From: Glycera tridactyla
Lineage: Eukaryota
DNA length: 33,000 bases
Assembly: GCA_965644265.1 (NCBI GenBank)
Contig: OZ286473.1
Span: 30,845,001-30,878,000 of the forward strand
Reading direction: 5' to 3'
Shown here: positions 11,865 to 23,209 of the stretch, in pieces
Layout of the letters: the number at the start of each line of letters is the position of its first letter
Numbering within the stretch: position 1 is the stretch's first letter
Notes under the pieces: generated by a model
The model's input: only the letters and a program-made list of their open reading frames with translations
Database searches by the model: none
What the model was told of the DNA's origin: nothing
Translations under genes and position numbers: made by a program

Positions 11865-11985
11865 GCAGTGAGCATTGTAAGCACGGACTGAGTGGCACAC
11901 ACGCGACTTCCTCTCTCTCCAATAGATGTGAACACACTCGTATCTGACAGATGTCATATCGGGGCATTGAATGTACTTGTCTCCA
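11865..11985 (+). repeat. Direct repeat, copy 2 (pairs with 11040-11165)
   Basis: It carries the same shared blocks as copy 1. Confidence 0.8.
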
Positions 11986-12120
11986 CAAAGGAGCTGGCAT
12001 GACATGTTCATGTACACCCAAGTGTCTGACACATTGACCAGGTCAATCTCGGCCAGTCTGGTCGACCCATTGATTCATGTCACACTCGTCTATACATGGT
12101 CGCAGCTCATTGTGGCCTCT

Positions 12121-12170
12121 CTATGGTGGCATTCATAGAAAGGTGGTCTCTCGAGCAGGTTCGAATGCAT
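12121..12170. mobile_element. MITE right-end fragment
   Basis: atagaaaggtggtctctcgagcaggttcgaatg resembles the end of the 9785-9959 element. Confidence 0.45.
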
Positions 12171-12309
12171 ACATTGGGTCCGATACAGCAGAGGTGAAAT
12201 TTCTGTATTTGGGTAGCAGATAATTTTGAACAACTCATCAGAACAACATCAACCATGCATTGAAGAAAAAATGACCTCAACGATTGCTGGATGATATTTT
12301 CACAATTTG

Positions 12310-12620
12310 TGTTGGTGGTGGTGGCGGTGATGGTGGTGCAGTTTCAATTTTGGTGGTGGTGGAAGCAGTGGGGATGGCGGTGATTGTGATGAGGTTGATG
12401 GTTATGCTGATGGTGATTGTGGTGGTTGTGGTGTCAGCACCGGTACTTGCCGTGGTGTTGGTGATGATTATGATAGGTGAGGTGTTGATGGTGATGGTGG
12501 TGATGGTGGTGATGGTGGTGATGATAAATTTGGTGGTTATTGTGATAGTGTAGGTTGTGTTGCTATCCTTGTTGATGTTGGTGGTATCTACGATATAGGT
12601 GACAGCGTTGATGATGACGA
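12310..12620. repeat. Degenerate (GGT/GAT)n array
   Basis: ggtggt and gatggt runs give the Val/Met-rich ORF. Confidence 0.9.
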
Positions 12621-13564
12621 TCAGATGTTCTTTGAATTTTACGAATATGAATTGTTGCCCTCAACTTCTCAGTAACTTGAAATGAGGTTGCTCAATAAAT
12701 TCCTACACCTGTACACAAAGATGACCAGGACACTTTTTTTGGGGTTTCAACCCCGATTACATAGGGGTGAACAAAAATGTGCTGACTACACCAGATTTTT
12801 TCCTCATATTTATGACGCCATTTTGTCTTCGTACGCAGACTAGTGTTCTACATCCTGACGTCACCGCAGAACAATGACTATCTGAAAAAATATAGTATTC
12901 ACCTGAAGGTCATCTTCACCTGAACGAAGTCAATCCTAAACATCCAAGTACATGCAAGGCACTTGCTCATGGCAAAGCTTATGCTGTGAAATACAAGTTC
13001 CATTATCGTCCTTGCTCATAACGCCATTAGCTGTCACCCAAATTTATTAACTTTTTCTTTTCATCGCAAAGATATATTTTGTGTTTCAAACTACCATCCC
13101 CATCAGTTGTCATTACCAGTGTATTGTCAGACATTATGACCACTGAATACATCCATGTGAATTGATGTCACCGTTGTTACCACTATATTGTTATCTATGT
13201 CCCTTACTCGTCATCGCCATTATGCATCTCATGCATCTACATCATCATCCATCATTTTTCTTTTGTTTCCTCATATGTGTATATTCACAGGGCTGATATT
13301 GACACATTCTCACATTCACCATCAGCAATACCTCATCATCGTATCTTATGTTATGCTACTAACCTTTTCGTCGTTCTGAAAAGTTGTATAACTATTTATG
13401 TGAATGTATGAACGAGCGAAAATAAAGTTTATCTAATTCAGTTCAATTCGACTACTATGACTTTTGGTCAAACGGTGCACTGGAAAATAAAGTTTGAAAA
13501 TAAAGAATACCATACCATATATGATAGATGACAAATCAACCGAAATGATGATCATCGGTTCTGA

Positions 13565-13700
13565 AGTCAAACCTGCTTGACAGGCAATCTCCATAGGAAA
13601 GCCTTCTCCCTACGATTGCCATGTGTATCCCAAATGTATCTCCTACAGTATGCAACTTCTACACAAAGACCACCTGTTTGCAAAGACCGCTTCTTGGTGT
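13565..13700. mobile_element. MITE left-end-like fragment
   Basis: agtcaaacctg and aaagaccacctgtttgcaaagacc are the reverse-complement counterparts of the 1661-1710 motif. Confidence 0.4.
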
Positions 13701-14279
13701 GACCTAGGGTGACCTTCGTTGACCTTTGTGTGTGTGTGTTGTGTGTACAACGTGTTGAGTGTGAGCCCACAGTGCACCTGTGAGTATATGGAAGAGTGGT
13801 TTGGTGAAGGCATTTCAGACGATGAGTGACACTGTTTCCACTCGCTCATTCACCCACTCACTCTCAGTCACTCCATCTGTCTATTTATGTAATCAAGACA
13901 AATGCAAACAGCAACATACATGATAGAATGATATATGTCGCAGTATAATTCATGTTATAAAAAGAGGATACGAGTCTGGTAGAGAATGATTGAGAACCGC
14001 CAAAGAAAGTGGGTTGATATATATGCTTGGTTATGATTTCGATGGCTGTAGCCGCTGGAAAATAGCGCAAGCGGGGATTCAATTTCATTAGTGAGCATAA
14101 GTTGGTGGGGTTCACATCAGTTATATCAGGTTACACTAGCCAAATTGGTGGAGCTCCCTCGGCTTCTCAGGGTATGATTTAATCACTTCTGTTGCATCTC
14201 TCTCTTCTAGGTGTCGAAGATCATGGGGTTGCGTTATTGCGTGTATGAGCAGTTTCTATCGACTGATTAGATTAACATG

Positions 14280-14530
14280 TGAGCGAGTGAATAAGAATGT
14301 GCATGAGTGAGTGAGTGGATAAGTGATTGAGTGGGTGAGTGAGTTAGAAAGAGAGTGAGTGAGTACACAATTTAGTGAGTGAGTGAGCGAGTGTGTATGT
14401 GTGACTGAGAATGGTGAGTGAGTGACTGAGTGACTGAGGGAGTGATTGAGCGAGTCAGTCAGTCAGTCAGTCAGTCAGTCGGTCAGTCAGCTGGTCAGAG
14501 TGTGAGAGTGAATGGGTAAATGAATGAGTG
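14280..14530. repeat. (GAGT)n / (CAGT)n microsatellite
   Basis: gagtgagt and cagtcagt runs. Confidence 0.9.
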
Positions 14531-14976
14531 AGTGAAGAGAAAGTCATTTATAATCAAGAAAAGCATAAACCAGACTCGTATATTCTCAGGTGATGTGTGG
14601 ACACACACATACACACACACATGTACACACACAGAATCTGCTATAGATATTCACTAATATAGAGCTGCTGCTGTCACTGTCGAATTTTTGATAGACAATT
14701 AATCAGCTGAGCATGTCGATTATGCCGCCATGCCAGGTTCACATCACTCAACTGTCAGGATTAGCTCAAACTTCACAGCTCTTTCACACTCTCATCCCTA
14801 GTGAAGATATCACTTATGTTGTATATGCTTGAAGCGCAGAAATTGGTTACAGGTGATTTGATCAAATAGAGTTTCTTACTTCAGAATATACATGTTTATT
14901 CATTCTAGAGTAGGTAACAAAACCACATTATGGCTGTGACCGTAGGCAATCATTCATCCCACATCTGTTTGATAAA

Positions 14977-15070
14977 TTGGTTGGTTTATTGGCTGAGTGG
15001 TTGGTTGATTGGTTGGTTGATTGGTTGATAGGTAGGCTGGCTAGTTGGAATAGTGGTTGGTTGCTTATTT
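14977..15070. repeat. (TTGG)n-like microsatellite running into the assembly gap
   Basis: ttggttggtt and ttggttgatt units. Confidence 0.85.
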
Positions 15071-15243
15071 NNNNNNNNNNNNNNNNNNNNNNNNNNNNNN
15101 NNNNNNNNNNNNNNNNNNNNNNNNNNNNNNNNNNNNNNNNNNNNNNNNNNNNNNNNNNNNNNNNNNNNNNNNNNNNNNNNNNNNNNNNNNNNNNNNNNNN
15201 NNNNNNNNNNNNNNNNNNNNNNNNNNNNNNNNNNNNNNNNNNA
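15071..15243. other. Assembly gap (173 N)
   Basis: A run of n characters. Confidence 1.
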
Positions 15244-15331
15244 GCCCAGGTTAACTTGCTGGATTACATGGGCGTTTATGAAGTTTGACAAGGTATAACA
15301 ACATATTGCGGAAAGTTTGACCTTGTTAAAA

Positions 15332-15440
15332 CCTCTATGAAGTCAGGCTAGGCCTTGGAACGAAACAGTGCAGTATAACTGTCCTTGACGGAGCCTCTAT
15401 GAAGCGAGGCCAGGCCTGATAACGACAAAGGGCAGTGCAA
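15332..15440 (+). repeat. Imperfect 62-bp tandem duplication
   Basis: cctctatgaag..aggc.aggcct..aacga occurs at 15332 and 15394. Confidence 0.75.
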
Positions 15441-15679
15441 TGAGCCTACACACACAGTCATCTGCATGGGATTACTTTTATTTTCTGAGTAAATAGCCAT
15501 TCATATCTAGGAGTGGAATATTACTAGAGTACAAGGCTCCAATCTTTTCGAAACAAAATATTCTGCCTTGTGAAATTTTCACCACCGAAGTGAAACGTAA
15601 TTTCATCTAACAATCTCCAATTGGACATACGCCCCTGGCTTTGGTATGTGGCCATTTTCTTTCAGAGTGGTCCACAGGG

Positions 15680-15760
15680 CTCAGGGTGTAAGTCAGCTTG
15701 CTCCTCCACAGGCTAGGCAGTTGGTGCCATGCTGGAGATCCCAGGTTCAAATCCACAAGT
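15680..15760 (+). mobile_element. Possible tRNA-derived SINE head remnant
   Basis: A Pol III B-box match, GGTTCAAATCC, lies at 15744-15754 in a tRNA-like context (gagatcccaggttcaaatcc). No cloverleaf or clear A-box is evident. Confidence 0.3.
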
Positions 15761-15825
15761 AATCAGATGATCACCAAAAGTGTAATTTGTAAATTTCAAT
15801 GGTGTACCGGGAAACATAACTTAAT

Positions 15826-16800
15826 TTGAGATATTCTGTCGTTGTGAGAAACAGGTATGCCACAGGTCTGAATGTTGGTGCAGGTCCCTTATTCAATCGA
15901 GGACTCGGTTGAAAGAGAGGGCGGTTCATCGACTAAACACTTGAAAACACGATACAATGAAAAGATGGAGTGAGCCCACTCATAGACGGGCTCTCACCAT
16001 AGTGATGCCATGACAAGAAAGATATGAAAAATTTTACAACAGATTGACCAATCATTTAGAATGTTAAGAAAGGGAATGAGAAAAGAGCTGCCCCCAGTAA
16101 TCACATTACAGCTGTACAGACATGGAGTGTCTCTTAACCTTGATGTAACATACAAACAGAAAGGCATTGTCATATATGTGATCCCTCTGCACACATGCTG
16201 GTGGTGACGTTGATGGGGATGGTGAATGCGATAGTGATGGTAGAGGTGGTGGAGTTGGAGTTGGTCTTGGTGTTCGTGATGTTGGTTGGGTGGTATTGGT
16301 GATGATGGGGTGGTAGTGCTGTTGTGGTTGTTGTTATTGTTTTTGTTGTTGTTGGTGGTGGTAGTGGTGGTGGGATGGTAGTCCTGGAAGTGGTGGTGTT
16401 GGTGTTGGTACCGGTGGTAGTGGTCGTGGAGAACGGGAGGCAGTCCATCCATCTATGGGGAGTATACACACATGAGAACAGGATCAACTGCTTGGAATGA
16501 GCACTCTACGATCACCTTCGCCACATATAATGAGCTCGCATTCACCTCTGAATTAAGGGAGTCATAGAGTCCACCGATTTTTTTCAATTACAGTTTCCCT
16601 CGACTGCTTCACACAAAGTTGTCTTTTCTATGAGAAGTGCAGATGCGAATATCAACCAAAAGCATCTCAAGAATGGTATCATGTGACACCTCTTGCTTTT
16701 CTAGTTACCTCTATAGTGGTTGAAATATGAAAGTGGTGGTGGAATTGTTGCACCTATCAACACCATAACTAGAGAAGAGAGTCATTTGAGAAATACTCAC
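15826..16800 (+). pseudogene. Decayed Mab-21/cGAS-like nucleotidyltransferase (cGLR-like) relic
   Basis: Motifs appear in order across frameshifts. RYATGLNVGAGPLFN at 15853-15897 resembles GS..EGLKV..P.EFD. ELPPVITLQLYRHGVSLNLDV from 16085 resembles GPAVTL.I....ISVD. HLWGVYTHENRI from 16450 resembles WR.SFS..E, and SHLRNTHL from 16780 resembles SYHLKT.L. A GGT/GTT array splits the region. Confidence 0.4.
16197..16430. repeat. (GGT/GTT)n array
   Basis: Read directly from the sequence. Confidence 0.9.
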
Positions 16801-16876
16801 TTAGAAATCGTGTTTAAATCACCTGATGCTCGATTGTATACAAAATTAGGTATACCAAGTTAGTGCTGTAAAGATA

Positions 16877-16995
16877 AAAATCAGCAAGCTACTCCACGCA
16901 CTAAGCCAAGAGGGGGGTTGTACCGGGAAAACAGCAAGCTACTCTATGCACAAGGCCAAGAGTGGCGTTATACAGAGAAAAGCAGTAGCTATTGT
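16877..16995 (+). repeat. ~50-bp tandem repeat, about 2.3 copies
   Basis: cagcaagctactc occurs at 16882 and 16932, and cagtagcta at 16983. Confidence 0.8.
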
Positions 16996-17429
16996 CCAAT
17001 ATTCACCTGTAACTGAAAGTATCAGATCATCTCATATCAAGATCCCCAAAAGAGTTGGTGGATAGACAAATCAAATAGCAAGCATGGGAGAAAGGAAATG
17101 AATGAATATGGAAGTGTGGAAGAAAATGCAGAGATACTTGGGAACAGAGCGATATGTTCTGCCAGGCACGGCAGAGAAGAGTTATTAATAGTGCCTTTAT
17201 CAGTATCCGTCAGTCATTGCATGAGGCACAATTAGTATAATGACTGTTGGTCAAAACATGGTGCAACATTCTCATCTCCTGTGCAAACTAATAGCCCCTA
17301 TGATTAGGTTATACTGCTGAATAATGCAATAGCTGCCACCCACTGATTCATCTAACGTGCCAAGTTTGCTGCAGTTATCCCCACACCTGCCTTTTTATCT
17401 CTCTGTTTCTCTGTTTTTCTCTATGTATC

Positions 17430-17650
17430 CCTACCTCTCCTTTTCTCTCTCACTCTCGCTCACCTGTTCATCTCCCACACTCTCTCTTTCACTGACTATA
17501 TCTGTTCTGCTCACTCACGCTCTCGCATTCTACTCGCTTTCTCACTCACTCACTCACTCACTCATTCACTCACACACTCACTCACTCACTCACGCACTCC
17601 CTCACTCACTCACTCACTCACTCCCAATCTTTCACTCACTCTCTCACTCT
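17430..17650. repeat. (CT)n / (CACT)n microsatellite
   Basis: cactcact runs. Confidence 0.9.
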
Positions 17651-17699
17651 GTTTTGCGCTTCCTGTCTATCAGAGAGAGACAAAAACGATGGGTTCATT

Positions 17700-19700
17700 T
17701 CCAAAGTACATGACCAAATGTTCTTTCCTTGCTTGTATTGGTTGTGAACATGATATGGGTTCATGCGAAGGACATGGGTGAGTTCTTCTTGGTACCGAAG
17801 AAAAGTAGAATGATATAGAACTCTCAGACATGCAAGATATCATTGCGGGCCAAGTGCAATACAATATTCTAACTCAAGTACATTGTTTTGCAGGCAAGCA
17901 TTGCCTTTAGGCATTAGTGTCAGTCTCCGGGAAGCTACATCGTTAGAGCTGTCGCATTTAGCTTCATCTATGTTATGTAAGGAGGGCATTGAAGTGATGT
18001 ATGTTCTGACAGTTAGCTCCACTTGACAAAGTGACGCTAGCGGGGAACAAAACATCTAGCACTCATAGATCTTGGAACATATGGCAGCCATGAACTCATT
18101 TGAGATATGTTCGTTTCGCTTGTCACCTACTGCCCTGAAGGTAGTCATTTCCTGGATGAATTGAAGTTATAATAGGTGCTCGATCATGTTGACACAGAGG
18201 GACACTTGCAGGAAGCAAAGCATCTGACACTCATGGATCTCGAACACATGGCAGTCATGAGCTCATTCGAAATTTGTACATTCGTTCCTGTCACCTACTG
18301 TTCTGAAGGTAGTCATTTCCTGGATCAATTGGAATTATGTTGAATGGCTCGTTCATGTTGACATAATCTGATGCTTGCAGGAAACAAAGCACCTATAGTA
18401 CTCATGGGCCTTGAACATATGACAGTCATGAGCTCATTCGGAATTTGTTCATTCATTCTTGTCATCTACTGCTCTGAAGGTAGTCATTTCCTGGATCAAT
18501 TGGGATTATATTGAATGGCTCGCTCATGTTGACATAATCTGATGCTTGCAGGAAACAAAGCACCTATAGTACTCATGGGCCTTGAACATATGACAGTCAT
18601 GAGCTCATTCGGAATTTGTTCATTCTTTCTTGTCATCTACTGCTCTGAAGGTAGTCATTTCCTGGATCAATTGAAATTATATTAAATGGTTCGCTCATGT
18701 TGACATAATCTGATGCTTGCAGGAAACAAAACATCTAGAGTACTCATGAGCCTTGAACATATGACAGTCGTGAGCTTATTCGAAATTTGTTGATTCTTTC
18801 TTGTCATCTACTGCTCCGAAGGTAGTCATTTCTTGGATCAATCAAATTTATATGGAGTAGTTCACTTCTGTTAACCTAATGTGATGCTTGCAGAAAACAA
18901 AGCATCTGGCACTCATAGATCTTGAACATATGGCAGTCGAGCTCATCTGGGAAAATTGATTCATTCCTTGTCACCTACTGCTTCAAAAGTAGTCATGTGG
19001 GTGTGTGTGTTTGTGTGTGTGTTTTCTGTTCTACTGGTGGGAGCAACCAAGTTGCTTACAGCTTTAATTTGATGAGAAATGTCTGCTAAATCCTCTTTAT
19101 GTCTTAAACTAATGCAGAGTAATTCTATATCTCTGACAGTGATTAGAAATGTCCCGAAAATGGCGACCCATATCGATCAAATGTCGACATTACCTCCAGA
19201 TCAGCGGGGTGAAGTTTGAGTTTCACACAATGACAATCAAACTCAGAAAGCAAGAAAAAAATCTGATAACTGAATCATATCCTCAGAGTACATATTGCAT
19301 AGCACTCTATAGAAAGCTATCACCAACATCACAAACATGTTGTCACTACAAATATGTCAGCCATGACATGCAATCACGGACAGCTATGCAGCCCACCAAC
19401 TGATGGATGTCCCGTGTACCCTTGGCTAGACGTAAGGAAATTAGGCAATCTGTGATCATGCGACATCACCACACGTTTTCCACATCTAACAAATATTGAT
19501 TGAGATAACACCCCTCATTGTGTTCTAAGAGCGCCCAATATACTCAGAAAAATATTCTTTATATTTGGATGCCACACTGATATCAGACATATTTTTGTTT
19601 GAGGGAGAGTGAATCAGGAAGATGGAGGTTCTGGAGCTCAGGCAAAAAAGTAATCAGGGAGACAGAGAATTGATCTAGACACACTCAGTTGCTATATACA
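17700..19700 (-). pseudogene. Degenerate leucine-rich-repeat-like tract
   Basis: Minus-strand peptides with LRR-like spacing include ITFLPELQNLHLPDS (~19655-19610), FIQEMTTFRAV, YITSMPSLHNID, NVLELEYC and YLACLRVL. Many stops and frameshifts are present. Confidence 0.35.
18045..18995. repeat. Tandem array of ~171-bp units, about 5.5 copies
   Basis: The anchor gtagtcat occurs at 18141, 18309, 18480, 18651, 18822 and 18989. The periods are 168, 171, 171, 171 and 167 bp. Central units are nearly identical and outer units are more diverged. Confidence 0.95.
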
Positions 19701-20359
19701 TCAATCATAAATTCAACCAACCAATCAATTAATCACTCAATCAATCAATCAAAAGTCCATTGTCATGTTTGTACCAAGTGAAGATAATTTCTGTGGTAGT
19801 TTCTCTGATGAAACTAGACAGGTACGCTTCTCACCAACTTTAAACAGGTTGTCCTAGTCTGAGTCCATTCATCACCATAATCAAAGCAACATCATGAAAG
19901 GGTGATTGCTCTGAACCTAAATGACCAGGGCATCCATGGAACTCCAATCAAGGATTGGTGAATGTTATTATTTGGTCGTCTTTCTAGATGTAATTTGCGT
20001 ATTCGAATCTCGAGTTTGCAGTGCTCTCAATTACTCCAGACCGATATTGATGTGTTTGAATAGTTGGAAAAATGCCGTGGTTTAGTTGAGCTCGTAAATT
20101 GTTACTTAAAATGTGATCACAGTGATCGGCAATTAGGGATTCCAGGAAAATATGTGATGTTCGAGTATCAGCAGCAGAATATGGGATACTTCATGACGGT
20201 CTCTTTTTCGACTACGTTTTCCATAGAGATGAAGGCACCCTTTCGAATTCAAGTAACTAATCGGAATCCATGAGGGATGATCAATGAGGCAATGGTGGGG
20301 ATGGTGAAGGTAATTGTTGCTCTGGTCTTGGCATGTCTATTACTATGATGTGATTGTCG

Positions 20360-20600
20360 TATTAAAAGTTGTTGTTGTTGTTGTTGGTGGTGGTGGTGAT
20401 GGTGATGGTGATGTTGTTATTATAGTTGTTGCTGTTGTAGTTGTGGTGCTGGTCAAAGGTGGTAATTGTGAGGGTAATGCTGGTGCTAGTGTTGGTGATG
20501 AATGTGTACCAGTGGTGATGGTGACGGTGTTGATAGAGAAGTTGGTAGTGGAAATGGCAGTGGTGATGATTTTCCTGCCATCGTAGTGTTGGTGTTGCTA
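20360..20600. repeat. (GTT/GGT)n array
   Basis: Read directly from the sequence. Confidence 0.85.
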
Positions 20601-20739
20601 CTGGTGGGCTGGTTCCTGTGATTTCCCATGTCTAATAAAATTTCAGAGTGGTGTTGGTAGCAGTGTTCCCGGTCTTGGTGGTATTTTAGGTGATGGTGGT
20701 TGGGTGGTTTGTCTCTATGTTTATGGTCTTACACCATTA

Positions 20740-20885
20740 TCAACACAGGGCATTATGTATGCCGCTAATGTTGGGTGAAGGAAATCAAGATGCTCTCTTC
20801 CTTGCAGACATCAATTACACAAGCCCTGAACACAAGATGACCCAGAACCTGAAAGATTGTCAAGTGGGAGTAGCTAAAAATTCAG
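20740..20885 (+). pseudogene. Partial copy of dispersed homologous segment
   Basis: attatgtatgcc..ttgcagacatc..aagccctgaacacaagatga..aacctgaaa.attgtcaagtgg..gtagct. The frame ALCMPLMLGEGNQDALFLADINYTSPEHKMTQNLKDCQVGVAK is open here. Confidence 0.55.
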
Positions 20886-21295
20886 GCACACCTCTGTCGT
20901 GTTTTTTGTTATTATTACAGTTGCTGTACTTGTGGTGAACCACCCCGCAACGCTCTATACCCACCATAATCAAATATTTCATTAAGATTCACAATCAACT
21001 CACATGACACCAGAGGATGTGGTTTAAACTCACCTACAAAAAACAAACATATCACTCTTCAATGATCCATGTCAAGCAGGTGAGACAGTGCTAATGGGGG
21101 AAATTGGATAGGGAGCGAAGCCAAGAGAGAGATCATCCTAACATGTGTCAGTGAATCTCTTTTATCTCACTTCAGGATTTTAATTATGCCCTCCATGAAA
21201 TAAACCTATTTCGACACATGTCCTGGCATGATGTGGCAGATGACTCATAGCTTGCCATCATCCTATGCTGTAAATGAATATATGTAGGTCAAATC

Positions 21296-21400
21296 CATCA
21301 TCATCATCACTACCACTACCACCACCACCACCATCACCAACAACACCACCACCACCACCAACACCACCACCATCATCATCATCATCATCATAATCATCAA
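21296..21400. repeat. (CAC/CAT)n array
   Basis: Read directly from the sequence. Confidence 0.9.
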
Positions 21401-21407
21401 AATGACT

Positions 21408-21730
21408 GTCTGTGCTATAAAAAAAAAGCTCATGTCATCCATTGATGAGAATATCCGGTGGTCAATTCAGTAAATAACTGGATTGGAACAACCAGACACT
21501 CTTAGCAAGAATGGCCAAAACTAATAAACATATCTCCGTAACAGGCTTAAGGCGGCCACATAGAGCTATTGGTATAAGTCTGACATCTTAGATCGCCAGC
21601 TGTGACTTCAGACAGATGGCCTTGCTAACTAGCTCAGTCTGGCATGAAATCGGCCCAGACCAGCCGTCCTGGTGAATAAAATAAAGAACTGATAGCATCT
21701 ATCCTCCCTGAACATACATTGGCTTTCACT
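21408..21730 (+). repeat. ~320-bp direct repeat, copy A
   Basis: It is collinear with 24396-24715 at an offset of 2985 bp. Shared blocks include aagaatggccaaaactaataaa, taagtctgacatcttagat, cagtctggcatgaaatcggcccagacca and gaataaaataaagaa. Confidence 0.9.
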
Positions 21731-21934
21731 GAGTGTTTGCTCTTTGTCATAACCATCGTCCTGCTGCTATTTCAAGTATATAGCATGCATGGAACTTGCA
21801 AATCGGTCTTGGAGACATAAGGTGGAGGATGGTCAGAGGGAAAGCTGGCTTTTTTTCAGATGTTTTGAAGTTCATTCTAATTGTTGTTGCCATCTTGTTT
21901 ATCATTCAGACGAGATTCAATTTGTGATATGGAC

Positions 21935-21973
<39 letters not shown>
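21935..21973 (+). repeat. Perfect (ATG)13
   Basis: Counted directly. Confidence 0.95.
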
Positions 21974-21975
<2 letters not shown>

Positions 21976-22116
21976 AAAAAATCATAATGATACAATGATG
22001 ATAACAATAACCATGATAAAAACAATCATATGGACTATTGAGATAATCATGACTATGGTCAAATCAATGAGAGTGACGATTATGGTAACAGTGATTATAT
22101 CACCGAAATGATAATC

Positions 22117-22119
<3 letters not shown>

Positions 22120-22203
<84 letters not shown>
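22120..22203 (+). repeat. Perfect (ATG)28
   Basis: Counted directly. Confidence 0.95.
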
Positions 22204-22205
<2 letters not shown>

Positions 22206-22519
22206 CACATCCATATTGATAGTGGGAATTCAATGTCAATGCACATTGATAATCTCACGATGTTCATCTGTTTCGATTACTTTTCTATTCACAATCTTGC
22301 CCTCGGCAATATAACTCTCTGATGCCAATTTGCTTCTGGAAGGTACTTTAATTAAGATGCATCTCAAACTTACCTACAACCTCGAAGTCTTGCATAGGAA
22401 TTCAAATTCCAATTCAAAAACTTTTATTCACTTCGCAGTTCACATTCATATACATCACAAAAATGTCGCACAGGAACATCATTCAACCTGTGCATATGAA
22501 TCCTGTTTCATATAAATTT

Positions 22520-23190
22520 CCACCACTTCTGATCTCTGGTATCCTCTGAGCGAATTTCCACAGATTCAGGCACAACTCCAGAGTGACATATAGCTGTTCG
22601 TTATTCGGGTCGATTTCTCATATATTCTGCACTTGGTCTGATTGGCTGAACATGAGACTGATGGTCTAGCTCCCCGGCCCAGTCTTGCATGCAATTCACC
22701 TTGCTGACCCACCCACACATCACAACGCAGACAAAGCAATCAGACTTGTGCTATTTGGGCTGACAGAATATATTTGCGAGGAAGATTATCCCATCCGGTG
22801 AATGGATGATGCCGATATGTCACTCTAGGATGATGCAATTGTATTTGACAGAGCTCAGAACATGGACACAAACCTTCAGACCTGAGAGCATCGGTAGAGG
22901 TTCCGTATTTGGACTGATGATGGTTTGTTCGTTCGACGTTTAACGGCATGCATCAGCCCACAGGATTATGTATGCCATGCGTTCCTGGTCAATGAACGCG
23001 GGATGATCTCGCCCCTGCAGACATAACTCTCACAAACCCTGAAGACAACATGATGGGGAAAGATGAAATGTTGTCAAGTGGCACCTCGTCATCATTCATC
23101 TTCTGTCTCCTCTACCTGAACGCAGTGAACCAAACGATGGTATATCTAACTATGTGACTAGCTGGTAACTGACACTGAAGCCTGATAGTT
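22520..23190 (+). pseudogene. Long copy of dispersed family, joining the NACHT-like part to the downstream part
   Basis: 22520-22830 is homologous to 27150-27450 (gcacttggt.tgattggctgaac.tgagactgatgg.ctagctc; cccagtcttgcat; gaggaagatta). 22920-23190 is homologous to 7561-7810. Confidence 0.55.
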
Positions 23191-23209
23191 ATTCATTCTG
23201 TAATAATGG

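Noticed and set aside
12950-13450. 3' end of a CR1/L2-type LINE (aataaag followed by an aattc tail)
   Set aside because: The tail is suggestive, but the upstream RT C-terminal motif match is too weak to call.
15680-15760. Functional tRNA gene
   Set aside because: Only a B-box is present, and I could not fold acceptor or anticodon stems.
16553-16600. TTAAGG-starting sequence as a DNA-transposon terminus, paired with 31138
   Set aside because: No matching inverted terminus could be found.
18045-18995. CRISPR array or primate alpha satellite
   Set aside because: The units are contiguous with no unique spacers and the context is eukaryotic. Only the 171-bp length resembles alpha satellite, and I saw no CENP-B-box-like motif.
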